From assembly GCF_009914755.1 (NCBI RefSeq), contig NC_060948.1: DNA of 64,000 nucleotides, one strand, 5' to 3'. This document shows positions 44,011 to 58,255 of this stretch, one piece after another. The notes under the pieces are model-generated. The model had not been told where the DNA came from. It was given only the letters and a program-made list of their open reading frames with translations, and did no database searches. The number at the start of each line of letters is the position of its first letter. Positions within the stretch are counted from its first letter, which is position 1. This DNA is from the human T2T-CHM13v2.0 reference genome, Homo sapiens. A program made the position numbers and the translations under genes.

Positions 44011-47000
44011 GGCCTGGAATAAAGTGGAATGCTACGGTCTCGAATGGAATAAAAATGTATGGAATGGAATGCAATGAAACGGAATCGAATGTCATAGAAT
44101 GTAATGGAATGCAAAAAAATGGAATCCAAAATCATTGACTGGAAAGGCTGGGTGTCGAAAGGAATTGACTCCAATGGAATGGAATCGAATGGAATGGAAG
44201 TGAATAGAATCGAACTAAATCGAATGGAATGGAATTGATAGGAACGGAATGGAAAGGAATGCAATGATTTGGCATGGAATGGAATCGAATGGCATCGAAT
44301 GGAATGGAATGGAATGCAATGGAATGGAATGTATTAGAATGTAATGAACTTTAATGGAATGTACTCGAATGGATTCGACTGGAATGGAATGTTCTGGAAG
44401 TGAATGGACTCCAATGGAATGGATTCAAAAGGAATGGAATCGTACGGAATGGAATCTAATGGAATGGAATTAAATGGAAATGAATCAAATTGAATAGCAC
44501 GGAATTGAATTGAATGGAATGGAATGCAATGGAATCTAATGAAACGGAAAGGAAAGGAATGGAATGGAATGGAATGGGCTGGAATGGAAAGGAATCGAAA
44601 CGAATGGAATGGAATCGAACTGAAGAGACTGGAATGGAATGCACTGGAATGGAAGGGAGTGTAATGGAAGGTTCTCGAAAAAAATGGAATCGAATGGAAT
44701 GGAATTGAATGGAACGGAATAGAGTCGAATGGAATTGAATGGAATGGAATGGACTAGAGTGAAATGGAATCGAACCACAAGGGATGGACAGGAATACAAT
44801 GGTCTCGAATTGAATGGAATCGTATGGAATGGCATCAAACGGAATGGAATGGACAGCCACGGAATGGAATGCACTCGAATGCAATGGAGTCGAAACTAAT
44901 GGACTGGAATAGAATGGACTCGACTGGTACGGACTGCAATGGAATGGAATCGAATGGAAGGGAATCGAACGGAATGGACTCGAAGGGAAAAGACTGCAAT
45001 GGAAAGGTCTCGAATGGAATGGAAATTAATGGAATGGAATGGAATCGAATGAAATGGAGTCAAAAGGAATGGAATCGAATGGCAAGAAATCGAATGTAAT
45101 GGAATCGCAAGGAATTGATGTGAACGGAACGGAATGGAATGGAATCCAAAGGAATGGAATAGAATGGAATGGAATCGAATGGAAAGGACTCGAATGGAAA
45201 TCACTCGAATAGAATGCAATTTAATAAAATAGGATCAAATGTAATGGAATGGAATGGAAAGGAATCGAAACGAAAGGAATGGAGACAGATGGAATGGAAT
45301 GGAACAGAGAGCAATGGTATAGAATGGAATGGAATCATCTGGAATGGAATTGAATGGAATGGAATAATATGAAATGGAATGGAATGGAATGGAATGGAAT
45401 GCCCTTGAATTAAATGGACTGGAATGGAATGGACTCGAACAGAGTGGAATGGAAAGTGTTGAGATAGAATGGAATGGACTCCTTTGGAATGGTGTAGTAT
45501 GCAATGCAATCGACTGGCAGGGAATCAAAAGGAATGTAATGGAATGGACTGGACTGGAATGCAATGGACTCGAATAGATTGGAAACGGAAAGCAAAGGAA
45601 TGGAATGGAATAGTATGGAATGGAATGGAAAGGAATGGAGTGGAATAGACTAGAGTGGAATGGAATGGACTGGAAAGCAATGGACTGGAATGGAACTTTC
45701 TTGAATGGACTGGAATCAAACGGAATGGAATGCAATGCAATCAAATGGCATGGAATAAAATAGAATGAAGAAAATGAAATGGAATTGAATCGAATGGAAT
45801 CGAATGGATTGGAAAGGAATAGAATGGAATGGAATGGAATTGACTCAAATGGAATGGACTAGAATGGAATGGATTCGAATGGAAGGCAAAGGAATGGAAT
45901 CTATTGGAATGGACTGTAATGGAATGGAATGGAAGGGATTGGAATGGACTCGAATGGAATGGACTGCAATAGAAAGGATTCGAATGGAATGAAAAAGAAT
46001 TGAATGGAATAGAACAGAATGGAATCAAATCGAATGAAATGGAATGGAATAGAAAGGAATGGAATGAAATGGAACGGAAAGGATTCGAATGGAATGCAAT
46101 CGAATGGAATGGAATCGAACGGAATGGAATAAAATGGAAGAAAACTGGCAAGAAATGGAATCGAAATGAATGGAGTGTTATGGAACGGACTCAAAAGGAA
46201 TTGAATGTAATAGAATGGAGTGGAGTGGACTCGAATATAATGGACTGGAATGGAATGAAATCACATGGAATGGGAACGAATGGAATGGAATGGAAAGGAA
46301 TGGAATCGAATGGAAAGGAATCGAATGGAAGGGAATGAAATTGAATCAACAGGAATGGAAGGGAATAGAATGGACGGTAATGGAATGGACTCGAATAGAA
46401 TGGACACGAATGCTCAAATTGAATGGACTCGAATGGAATGGAAACGAAAGGAATGTCATCGAATGGAATTGAATCGATTGGAATGAAATCGCACAGAATG
46501 GAGTGGAATCAAATGGAATTGAATCGAAAGGAAAGGAAGCAAATGGACTGAAATGAAATGGAATGGAATTGAATGGAAAGTTATGTAATGGAATACAATG
46601 GAACGAAATTTGACGGAATGGAATCAAACTGAATGGAATCAAATCAATGGAATCAAATCAAATGGAATGGAAAGGAATTGAATGGAGTAGATTGGATGGG
46701 ATGGGATTGGAATGAAATGTACTGGAAAGGACTCGAATTTCATGAAACGGAATGGAATGAATTGGAACGGAATGGACTCGAATGGAATGGAATGTCAGGG
46801 AATGGCATCAAATGGAATGGCATCAAATGGAATGGAATCGAATGCAATGGAATGCTACGGAATGGAATGGAATGCATTGGAATGGAATGTCCTCTAATGG
46901 AATGGATTCGAGTGGAATGGAATCGAATATAATGGAGTCGAATGAAATGGAATTGAAAGGAATAGGATCGAATACAATGGAATATACTGGAATGTAATTT

Positions 47001-47568
47001 AATGAACTCGAATGTAATTGACTGGAATGGAATGTACATGAATGGAATGTAATCGAATGGAAAGTAATCCAATGGAATAGAATCTAATGCAATAAAATCG
47101 ACTCAGATAGAGTAGAATGTAATGGAATGGAGTGCAGTGCAATGGAATGGAATGGAATGGAATGCAATGGAATGGAATGGAATGGAATGGAATGGAATGG
47201 AATGGAATGGAATGGTGTGGAATGGATAGTAATGGACTGGAGTGAAATGGACTGGAAAGGAATGGACTCAAATTGAAAGGGCTCGAAAGGAATGGAATCA
47301 AATGGAATGGTCTGGAATGGAATGAACACGAATGTAATGCAATCCAATAGAATGGAATCGAATGGCATGGAATATAAAGAAATGGAATCGAAGAGAATGG
47401 AAACAAATGGAATGGAATTGAGTGGAATGGAATTGAATGGAATGGGAACGAATGGAGTGAAATTGTATGCAGTAGAAGAGAATAGAATGGAATGCAAGCG
47501 AAAGGAAAGGAATGGATTGGAATGGAATGCAATTCATTGGAATGGAAGGGAATGTAGTGTAATGGACA
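44011..47568 (+). repeat. DYZ1 unit U13, 3558 bp
   Basis: GGCC-to-GGCC interval; 1-bp deletion near 45770; EcoRI site lost at 47530 (CAATTC). Confidence 0.9.
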
Positions 47569-50500
47569 GGCCTGGAATAAAGTGGAATGCTACGGTCTCG
47601 AATGGAATAAAAATGTATGGAATGGAATGCAATGAAACGGAATCGAATGTCATAGAATGTAATGGAATGCAAAAAAATGGAATCCAAAATCATTGACTGG
47701 AAAGGCTGGGTGTCGAAAGGAATTGACTCCAATGGAATGGAATCGAATGGAATGGAAGTGAATAGAATCGAACTAAATCGAATGGAATGGAATTGATAGG
47801 AACGGAATGGAAAGGAATGCAATGATTTGGCACGGAATGGAATCGAATGGCATCGAATGGAATGGAATGGAATGCAATGGAATGGAACGTATTAGAATGT
47901 AATGAACTTTAATGGAATATACTCGAATGGATTCGACTGGAATGGAATGTTCTGGAAGTGAATGGACTCCAATGGAATGGATTCAAAAGGAATGGAATCG
48001 TACGGAATGGAATCTAATGGAATGGAATTAAATGGAAATGAATCAAATTGAATAGCATGGAATTGAATTGAATGGAATCGAATGCAATGGAATCTAATGA
48101 AACGGAAAGGAAAGGAATGGAATGGAATGGAATGGGCTGGAATGGAAAGGAATCGAAACGAATGGAATGGAATCGAACTGAAGAGACTGGAATGGAATGC
48201 ACTGGAATGGAAGGGAGTGTAATGGAAGGTTCTCGAAAAAAATGGAATCGAATGGAATGGAATTGAATGGAACGGAATAGAGTCGAATGGAATTGAATGG
48301 AATGGAATGGACTAGAGTGAAATGGAATCGAACCACAAGGGATGGACAGGAATACAATGGTCTCGAATTGAATGGAATCGTATGGAATGGCATCAAACGG
48401 AATGGAATGGACAGCCACGGAATGGAATGCACTCGAATGCAATGGAGTCGAAACTAATGGACTGGAATAGAATGGACTCGACTGGTACGGACTCCAATGG
48501 AATGGAATCGAATGGAAGGGAATCGAACGGAATGGACTCGAAGGGAAAAGACTGCAATGGAAAGGTCTCGAATGGAATGGAAATTAATGGAATGGAATGG
48601 AATCGAATGAAATGGAGTCAAAAGGAATGGAATCGAATGGCAAGAAATCGAATGTAATGGAATCACAAGGAATTGATGTGAACGGAACGGAATGGAATGG
48701 AATCCAAAGGAATGGAATAGAATGGAATGGAATCGAATGGAAAGGACTCGAATGGAAATCACTCGAATAGAATGCAATTTAATAAAATAGGATCAAATGT
48801 AATGGAATGGAATGGAAAGGAATCGAAACGAAAGGAATGGAGACAGATGGAATGGAATGGAACAGAGAGCAATGGTATAGAATGGAATGGAATCATCTGG
48901 AATGGAATTGAATGGAATGGAATAATATGAAATGGAATGGAATGGAATGGAATGGAATGCCCTTGAATTAAATGGACTGGAATGGAATGGACTCGAACAG
49001 AGTGGAATGGAAAGTGTTGAGATAGAATGGAATGGACTCCTTTGGAATGGTGTAGTATGCAATGCAATCGACTGGCAGGGAATCAAAAGGAATGTAATGG
49101 AATGGACTGGACTGGAATGCAATGGACTCGAATAGATTGGAAACGGAATGCAAAGGAATGGAATGGAATAGTATGGAATGGAATGGAAAGGAATGGAGTG
49201 GAATAGACTAGAGTGGAATGGAATGGACTGGAAAGCAATGGACTGGAATGGAACTTTCTTGAATGGACTGGAATCAAACGGAATGGAATGCAATGCAATC
49301 AAATGGCATGGAATAAAATAGAATGAAAGAGAATCAAATGGAATTGAATCGAATGGAATCGAATGGATTGGAAAGGAATAGAATGGAATGGAATGGAATT
49401 GACTCAAATGGAATGGACTAGAATGGAATGGATTCGAATGGAAGGCAAAGGAATGGAATCTATTGGAATGGACTGTAATGGAATGGAATGGAAGGGATTG
49501 GAATGGACTCGAATGGAATGGACTGCAATAGAAAGGATTCGAATGGAATGAAAAAGAATTGAATGGAATAGAACAGAATGGAATCAAATCGAGTGAAATG
49601 GAATGGAATAGAAAGGAATGGAATGAAATGGAATGGAAAGGATTCGAATGGAATGCAATCGAATGGAATGGAATCGAACGGAATGGAATAAAATGGAAGA
49701 AAACTGGCAAGAAATGGAATCGAAATGAATGGAGTGTTATGGAACGGACTCAAAAGGAATTGAATGTAATAGAATGGAGTGGAGTGGACTCGAATATAAT
49801 GGACTGGAATGGAATGAAATCACATGGAATGGGAACGAATGGAATGGAATGGAAAGGAATGGAATCGAATGGAAAGGAATCGAATGGAAGGGAATGAAAT
49901 TGAATCAACAGGAATGGAAGGGAATAGAATAGACGGTAATGGAATGGACTCGAATAGAATGGACACGAATGCTCAAATTGAATGGACTCGAATGGAATGG
50001 AAACGAAAGGAATGTCATCGAATGGAATTGAATCGATTGGAATGAAATCGCATAGAATGGAGTGGAATCAAATGGAATTGAATCGAAAGGAAAGGAAGCG
50101 AATGGACTGAAATGAAATGGAATGGAATTGAATGGAAAGTAATGCAATGGAATAGAATGGAACGAAATTTCACGGAATGGAATCAAACTGAATGGAATCA
50201 AATCAATGGAATCCAATCAAATGGAATGGAGTAGATTGGATTGGATGGGATTGGAATGAAATGTACTGGAAAGGACTCGAATTTCATGAAACGGAATGGA
50301 ATGAATTGGAACGGAATGGACTCGAATGGAATGGAATGTCATAGAATGGCATCAAATGGAATGGCATCAAATGGAATGGAATCGAATGCAATGGAATGGT
50401 ATGCAATGGAATGGAATGCATTGGAATGGAATGTCCTCTAATGGAATGGATTCGAGTGGAATGGAATCGAATATAATGGAGTCGAATGAAATGGAATTGA

Positions 50501-51122
50501 AAGGAATGGGATCGAATACAATGGAATATACTGGAATGTAATGTAATGAACTCGAATGTAATTGACTGGAATGGAATGTACATGAATGGAATGTAATCGA
50601 ATGGAAAGTAATCCAATGGAATAGAATCTAATGCAATAAAATCGACTCAGATAGAGTAGAATGTAATGGAATGGAGTGCAGTGCAATGGAATGGAATGGA
50701 ATGGAATGCAATGGAATGGAATGGAATGGAATGGAATGGAATGGAATGGAATGGAATGGGATGGAATGGTATGGAATGGATAGTAATGGACTGGAGTGAA
50801 ATGGACTGGAAAGGAATGGACTCAAATTGAAAGGGCTCGAAAGGAATGGAGTCAAATGGAATGGTCTGGAATGGAATGAACACGAAAGTAATGCAATCCA
50901 ATAGAATGGAATCGAATGGCATGGAATATAAAGAAATGGAATCGAAGAGAATGGAAACAAATGGAATGGAATTGAATGGAATGGAATTGAATGGAATGGG
51001 AACGAATGGAGTGAAATTGTATGCAGTAGAAGGGAATAGAATGGAATGCAAGCGAAAGGAAAGGAATGGATTGGAATGGAATGGAATTCATTGGAATGGA
51101 AGAGAATGTAGTGTAATGGACA
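47569..51122 (+). repeat. DYZ1 unit U14, 3554 bp
   Basis: GGCC-to-GGCC interval; same 15-bp deletion as U10, near 50227. Confidence 0.9.
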
Positions 51123-54100
51123 GGCCTGGAATAAGGTGGAATGCTACGGTCTCGAATGGAATAAAAATGTATGGAATGGAATGCAATGAAACGGAATCGA
51201 ATGTCATAGAATGTAATGGAATGCAAACAAATGGAATCCAAAATCATTGACTGGAAAGGCTGGGTGTCGAAAGGAATTGACTCCAATGGAATGGAATCGA
51301 ATGGAATGGAAGTGAATAGAATCGAACTAAATCGAATGGAATGGAATTGATAGGAACGGAATGGAAAGGAATGCAATGATTTGGCACGGAATGGAATCGA
51401 ATGGCATCGAATGGAATGGAATGGAATGCAATTGAATGGAACGTATTAGAATGTAATGAACTTTAATGGAATGTACTCGAATGGATTCGACTGGAATGGA
51501 ATGTTCTGGAAGTGAATGGACTCCAATGGAATGGATTCAAAAGGAATGGAATCGTACGGAATGGAATCTAATGGAATGGAATTAAATGGAAATGAATCAA
51601 ATTGAATAGCATGGAATTGAATTGAATGGAATCGAATGCAATGGAATCTAATGAAACGGAAAGGAAAGGAATGGAATGGAATGGAATGGGCTGGAATGGA
51701 AAGGAATTGAAACGAATGGAATGGAATCGACCTGACGAGACTGGAATGGAATGCACTGGAATGGAAGGGAGTGTAATGGAAGGTTCTCGAAAAAAATGGA
51801 ATCGAATGGAATGGAATTGAATGGAACGGAATAGAGTCGAATGGAATTGAATGGAATGGAATGGACTAGAGTGAAATGGAATCGAACCACAAGGAATGGA
51901 CAGGAATAGAATGGTCTCGAATTGAATGGAATCGTATGGAATGGCATCAAACGGAACGGAATGGACAGCCACGGAATGGAATGCACTCGAATGCAATGGA
52001 GTCGAAACTAATGGACTGGAATAGAATGGATTCGACTGGTACGGACTCCAATGGAATGGAATCGAATGGAAGGGAATCGAACGGAATGGACTCGAAGGGA
52101 AAAGACTGCAATGGAAAGGTCTCGAATGGAATGGAAATTAATGGAATGGAATGGAATCGAATGAAATGGAGTCAAAAGGAATGGAATCGAATGGCAAGAA
52201 ATCGAATGTAATGGAATCGCAAGGAATTGATGTGAACGGAACGGAATGGAATGGAATCCAAAGGAATGGAATAGAATGGAATGGAATCGAATGGAAAGGA
52301 CTCGAATGGAAATCACTCGAATAGAATGCAATTTAATAAAATAGGATCAAATGTAATGGAATGGAATGGAAAGGAATCGAAACGAAAGGAATGGAGACAG
52401 ATGGAATGGAATGGAACAGAGAGCAATGGTATAGAATGGAATGGAATCATCTGGAATGGAATTGAATGGAATGGAATAATATGAAATGGAATGGAATGGA
52501 ATGCCCTTGAATTAAATGGACTGTAATGGAATGGACTCGAACAGAGTGGAATGGAAAGTGTTGAGATAGAATGGAATGGACTCGTTTGGAATGGTCTAGT
52601 ATGCAATGCAATCGACTGGCAGGGAATCAAAAGGAATGTAATGGAATGGATTGGACTGGAATGCAATGGACTCGAATAGATTGGAAACGGAATGCAAAGG
52701 AATGGAATGGAATAGTATGGAATGGAATGGAAAGGAATGGAGTGGAATAGACTAGAGTGGAATGGAATGGACTGGAAAGCAATAGACTGGAATGGAACTT
52801 TCTTGAATGGACTGGAATCAAACGGAATGGAATGCAATGCAATCAAATGGCATGGAATAAAATAGAATGAAAGAGAATCAAATGGAATTGAATCGAATGG
52901 AATCGAATGGATTGGAAAGGAATAGAATGGAATGGAATGGAATTGACTCAAATGGAATGGACTAGAATGGAATGGATTCGAATGGAAGGCAAAGGAATGG
53001 AATCTATTGGAATGGACTGTAATGGAATGGAATGGAAGGGATTGGAATGGACTCGAATGGAATGGACTGCAATAGAAAGGATTCGAATGGAATGAAAAAG
53101 AATTGAATGGAATAGAACAGAATGGAATCAAATCGAATGAAATGGAGTGGAATAGAAAGGAATGGAATGAAATGGAATGGAAAGGATTCGAATGGAATGC
53201 AATCGAATGGAATGGAATCGAACGGAATGGAATAAAATGGAAGAAAACTGGCAAGAAATGGAATCGAAATGAATGGAGTGTTATGGAACGGACTCAAAAG
53301 GAATTGAATGTAATAGAATGGAGTGGAGTGGACTCGAATATAATGGACTGGAATGGAATGAAATCACATGGAATGGGAACGAATGGAATGGAATGGAAAG
53401 GAATGGAATCGAATGGAAAGGAATCGAATGGAAGGGAATGAAATTGAATCAACAGGAATGGAAGGGAATAGAATAGACGGTAATGGAATGGACTCGAATA
53501 GAATGGACACGAATGCTCAAATTGAATGGACTCGAATGGAATGGAAACGAAAGGAATGTCATCGAATGGAATTGAATCGATTGGAATGAAATCGCATAGA
53601 ATGGAGTGGAATCAAATGGAATTGAATCGAAAGGAAAGGAAGCGAATGGACTGAAATGAAATGGAATGGAATTGAATGGAAAGTAATGCAATGGAATAGA
53701 ATGGAACGAAATTTCACGGAATGGAATCAAACTGAATGGAATCAAATCAATGGAATCAAATCAAATGGAATGGAAAGGAATTGAATGGAGTAGATTGGAT
53801 TGGATGGGATTGGAATGAAATGTACTGGAAAGGACTCGAATTTCATGAAACGGAATGGAATGAATTGGAACGGAATGGACTCGAATGGAATGGAATGTCA
53901 TGGAATGGCATCAAATGGAATGGCATCAAATGGAATGGAATCGAATGCAATGGAATGCTATGGAATGGAATGGAATGCATTGGAATGGAATGTCCTCTAA
54001 TGGAATGGATTCGAGTGGAATGGAATCGAATATAATGGAGTCGAATGAAATGGAATTGAAAAGAATGGGATCGAATACAATGGAATATACTGGAATGTAA

Positions 54101-54681
54101 TGTAATGAACTCGAATGTAATTGACTGGAATGGAATGTACATGAATGGAATGTAATCGAATGGAAAGTAATCCAATGGAATAGAAACTAATGCAATAAAA
54201 TCGACTCAAATAGAGTAGAATGTAATGGAATGGAGTGCAGTGCAATGGAATGGAATGGAATGGAATGCAATGGAATGGAATGGAATGTTATGGAATGGAA
54301 TGGAATGGATTGGAATGGGATGGAATGGTATGGAATGGATAGTAATGGACTGGAGTGAAATGGACTGGAAAGGAATGGACTCAAATTGAAAGGGCTCGAA
54401 AGGAATGGAGTCAAATGGAATAGTCTGGAATGGAATGAACACGAATGTAATGCAATCCAATAGAATGTAATCGAATGGCATGGAATATAAAGAAATGGAA
54501 TCGAAGAGAATGGAAACAAATGGAATGGAATTGAATGGAATGGAATTGAATGGAATGGGAACGAATGGAGTGAAATTGTATGCAGTAGAAGAGAATAGAA
54601 TGGAATGCAAGCGAAAGGAAAGGAATGGATTGGAATGGAATGGAATTCATTGGAATGGAAGGGAATGTAGTGTAATGGACA
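51123..54681 (+). repeat. DYZ1 unit U15, 3559 bp
   Basis: GGCC-to-GGCC interval; 10-bp contraction at 52488-52502. Confidence 0.9.
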
Positions 54682-57600
54682 GGCCTGGAATAAAGTGGAA
54701 TGCTACGGTCTCGAATGGAATAAAAATGTATGGAATGGAATGCAATGAAAGGGAATCGAATGTCATAGAATGTAATGGAATGCAACAAAATGGAATCCAA
54801 AATCATTGACTGGAAAGGCTGGGTGTCGAAAGGAATTGACTCCAATGGAATGGAATCGAATGGAATGGAAGTGAATAGAATCGAACTAAATCGAATGGAA
54901 TGGAATTGATAGGAACGGAATGGAGAGGAATGCAATGATTTGGCATGGAATGCAATCGAATGGCATCGAATGGAATGGAATGGAATGCAATGGAATGGAA
55001 TGTATTAGAATGTAATGAACTTTAATGGAATGTACTCGAATGGATTCGACTGGAATGGAATGTTCTGGAAGTGAATGGACTCCAATGGAATGGATTCAAA
55101 AGGAATGGAATCGTACGGAATGGAATCTAATGGAATGGAATTAAATGGAAATGAATCAAATTGAATAGCACGGAATTGAATTGAATGGAATGGAATGCAA
55201 TGGAATCTAATGAAACGGAAAGGAAAGGAATGGAATGGAATGGAATGGGCTGGAATGGAAAGGAATCGAAACGAATGGAATGGAATCGAACTGAAGAGAC
55301 TGGAATGGAATGCACTGGAATGGAAGGGAGTGTAATGGAAGGTTCTCGAAAAAAATGGAATCGAATGGAATGGAATTGAATGGAACGGAATAGAGTCGAA
55401 TGGAATTGAATGGAATGGAATGGACTAGAGTGAAATGGAATCGAACCACAAGGAATGGACAGGAATAGAATGGTCTCGAATTGAATGGAATCGTATGGAA
55501 TGGCATCAAACGGAATGGAATGGACAGCCACGGAATGGAATGCACTCGAATGCAATGGAGTCGAAACTAATGGACTGGAATAGAATGGACTCGACTGGTA
55601 CGGACTCCAATGGAATGGAATCGAATGGAAGGGAATCGAACGGAATGGACTCGAAGGGAAAAGACTGCAATGGAAAGGTCTCGAATGGAATGGAAATTAA
55701 TGGAATGGAATGGAATCGAATGAAATGGAGTCAAAAGGAATGGAATCGAATGGCAAGAAATCGAATGTAATGGAATCGCAAGGAATTGATGTGAACGGAA
55801 CGGAATGGAATGGAATCCAAAGGAATGGAATAGAATGGAATGGAATCGAATGGAAAGGACTCGAATGGAAATCACTCGAATAGAATGCAATTTAATAAAA
55901 TAGGATCAAATGTAATGGAATGGAATGGAAAGGAATCGAAACGAAAGGAATGGAGACAGATGGAATGGAATGGAACAGAGAGCAATGGTATAGAATGGAA
56001 TGGAATCATCTGGAATGGAATTGAATGGAATGGAATAATATGAAATGGAATGGAATGGAATGGAATGGAATGGAATGCCCTTGAATTAAATGGACTGTAA
56101 TGGAATGGACTCGAACAGAGTGGAATGGAAAGTGTTGAGATAGAATGGAATGGACTCGTTTGGAATGGTCTAGTATGCAATGCAATCGACTGGCAGGGAA
56201 TCAAAAGGAATGTAATGGAATGGATTGGACTGGAATGCAATGGACTCGAATAGATTGGAAACGGAATGCAAAGGAATGGAATGGAATAGTATGGAATGGA
56301 ATGGAAAGGAATGGAGTGGAATAGACTAGAGTGGAATGGAATGGACTGGAAAGCAATAGACTGGAATGGAACTTTCTTGAATGGACTGGAATCAAACGGA
56401 ATGGAATGCAATGCAATCAAATGGCATGGAATAAAATAGAATGAAAGAGAATCAAATGGAATTGAATCGAATGGAATCGAATGGATTGGAAAGGAATAGA
56501 ATGGAATGGAATGGAATTGACTCAAATGGAATGGACTAGAATGGAATGGACTCGAATGGAAGGCAAAGGAATGGAATCTATTGGAATGGACTGTAATGGA
56601 ATGGAATGGAAGGGATTGGAATGGACTCGAATGGAATGGACTGCAATAGAAAGGATTCGAATGGAATGAAAAAGAATTGAATGGAATAGAACAGAATGGA
56701 ATCAAATCGAATGAAATGGAGTGGAATAGAAAGGAATGGAATGAAATGGAATGGAAAGGATTCGAATGGAATGCAATCGAATGGAATGGAATCGAACGGA
56801 ATGGAATAAAATGGAAGAAAACTGGCAAGAAATGGAATCGAAATGAATGGAGTGTTATGGAACGGACTCAAAAGGAATTGAATGTAATAGAATGGAGTGG
56901 AGTGGACTCGAATATAATGGACTGGAATGGAATGAAATCACATGGAATGGGAACGAATGGAATGGAATGGAAAGGAATGGAATCGAATGGAAAGGAATCG
57001 AATGGAAGGGAATGAAATTGAATCAACAGGAATGGAAGGGAATAGAATAGACGGTAATGGAATGGACTCGAATAGAATGGACACGAATGCTCAAATTGAA
57101 TGGACTCGAATGGAATGGAAACGAAAGGAGTGTCATCGAATGGAATTGAATCGATTGGAATGAAATCGCATAGAATGGAGTGGAATCAAATGGAATTGAA
57201 TCGAAAGGAAAGGAAGCGAATGGACTGAAATGAAATGGAATGGAATTGAATGGAAAGTAATGCAATGGAATAGAATGGAACGAAATTTCACGGAATGGAA
57301 TCAAACTGAATGGAATCAAATCAATGGAATCAAATCAAATGGAATGGAAAGGAATTGAATGGAGTAGATTGGATTGGATGGGATTGGAATGAAATGTACT
57401 GGAAAGGACTCGAATTTCATGAAACGGAATGGAATGAATTGGAACGGAATGGACTCGAATGGAATGGAATGTCATGGAATGGCATCAAATGGAATGGCAT
57501 CAAATGGAATGGAATCGAATGCAATGGAATGCTATGGAATGGAATGGAATGCATTGGAATGGAATGTCCTCTAATGGAATGGATTCGAGTGGAATGGAAT

Positions 57601-58255
57601 CGAATATAATGGAGTCGAATGAAATGGAATTGAAAAGAATGGGATCGAATACAATGGAATATACTGGAATGTAATGTAATGAACTCGAATGTAATTGACT
57701 GGAATGGAATGTACATGAATGGAATGTAATCGAATGGAAAGTAATCCAATGGAATAGAAACTAATGCAATAAAATCGACTCAAATAGAGTAGAATGTAAT
57801 GGAATGGAGTGCAGTGCAATGGAATGGAATGGAATGGAATGCAATGGAATGGAATGGAATGTTATGGAATGGAATGGAATGGATTGGAATGGGATGGAAT
57901 GGTATGGAATGGATAGTAATGGACTGGAGTGAAATGGACTGGAAAGGAATGGACTCAAATTGAAAGGGCTCGAAAGGAATGGAGTCAAATGGAATAGTCT
58001 GGAATGGAATGAACACGAATGTAATGCAATCCAATAGAATGTAATCGAATGGCATGGAATATAAAGAAATGGAATCGAAGAGAATGGAAACAAATGGAAT
58101 GGAATTGAATGGAATGGAATTGAATGGAATGGGAACGAATGGAGTGAAATTGTATGCAGTAGAAGAGAATAGAATGGAATGCAAGCGAAAGGAAAGGAAT
58201 GGATTGGAATGGAATGGAATTCATTGGAATGGAAGGGAATGTAGTGTAATGGACA
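54682..58255 (+). repeat. DYZ1 unit U16, 3574 bp
   Basis: GGCC-to-GGCC interval; (GGAAT)6 at 56047-56076. Confidence 0.9.
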
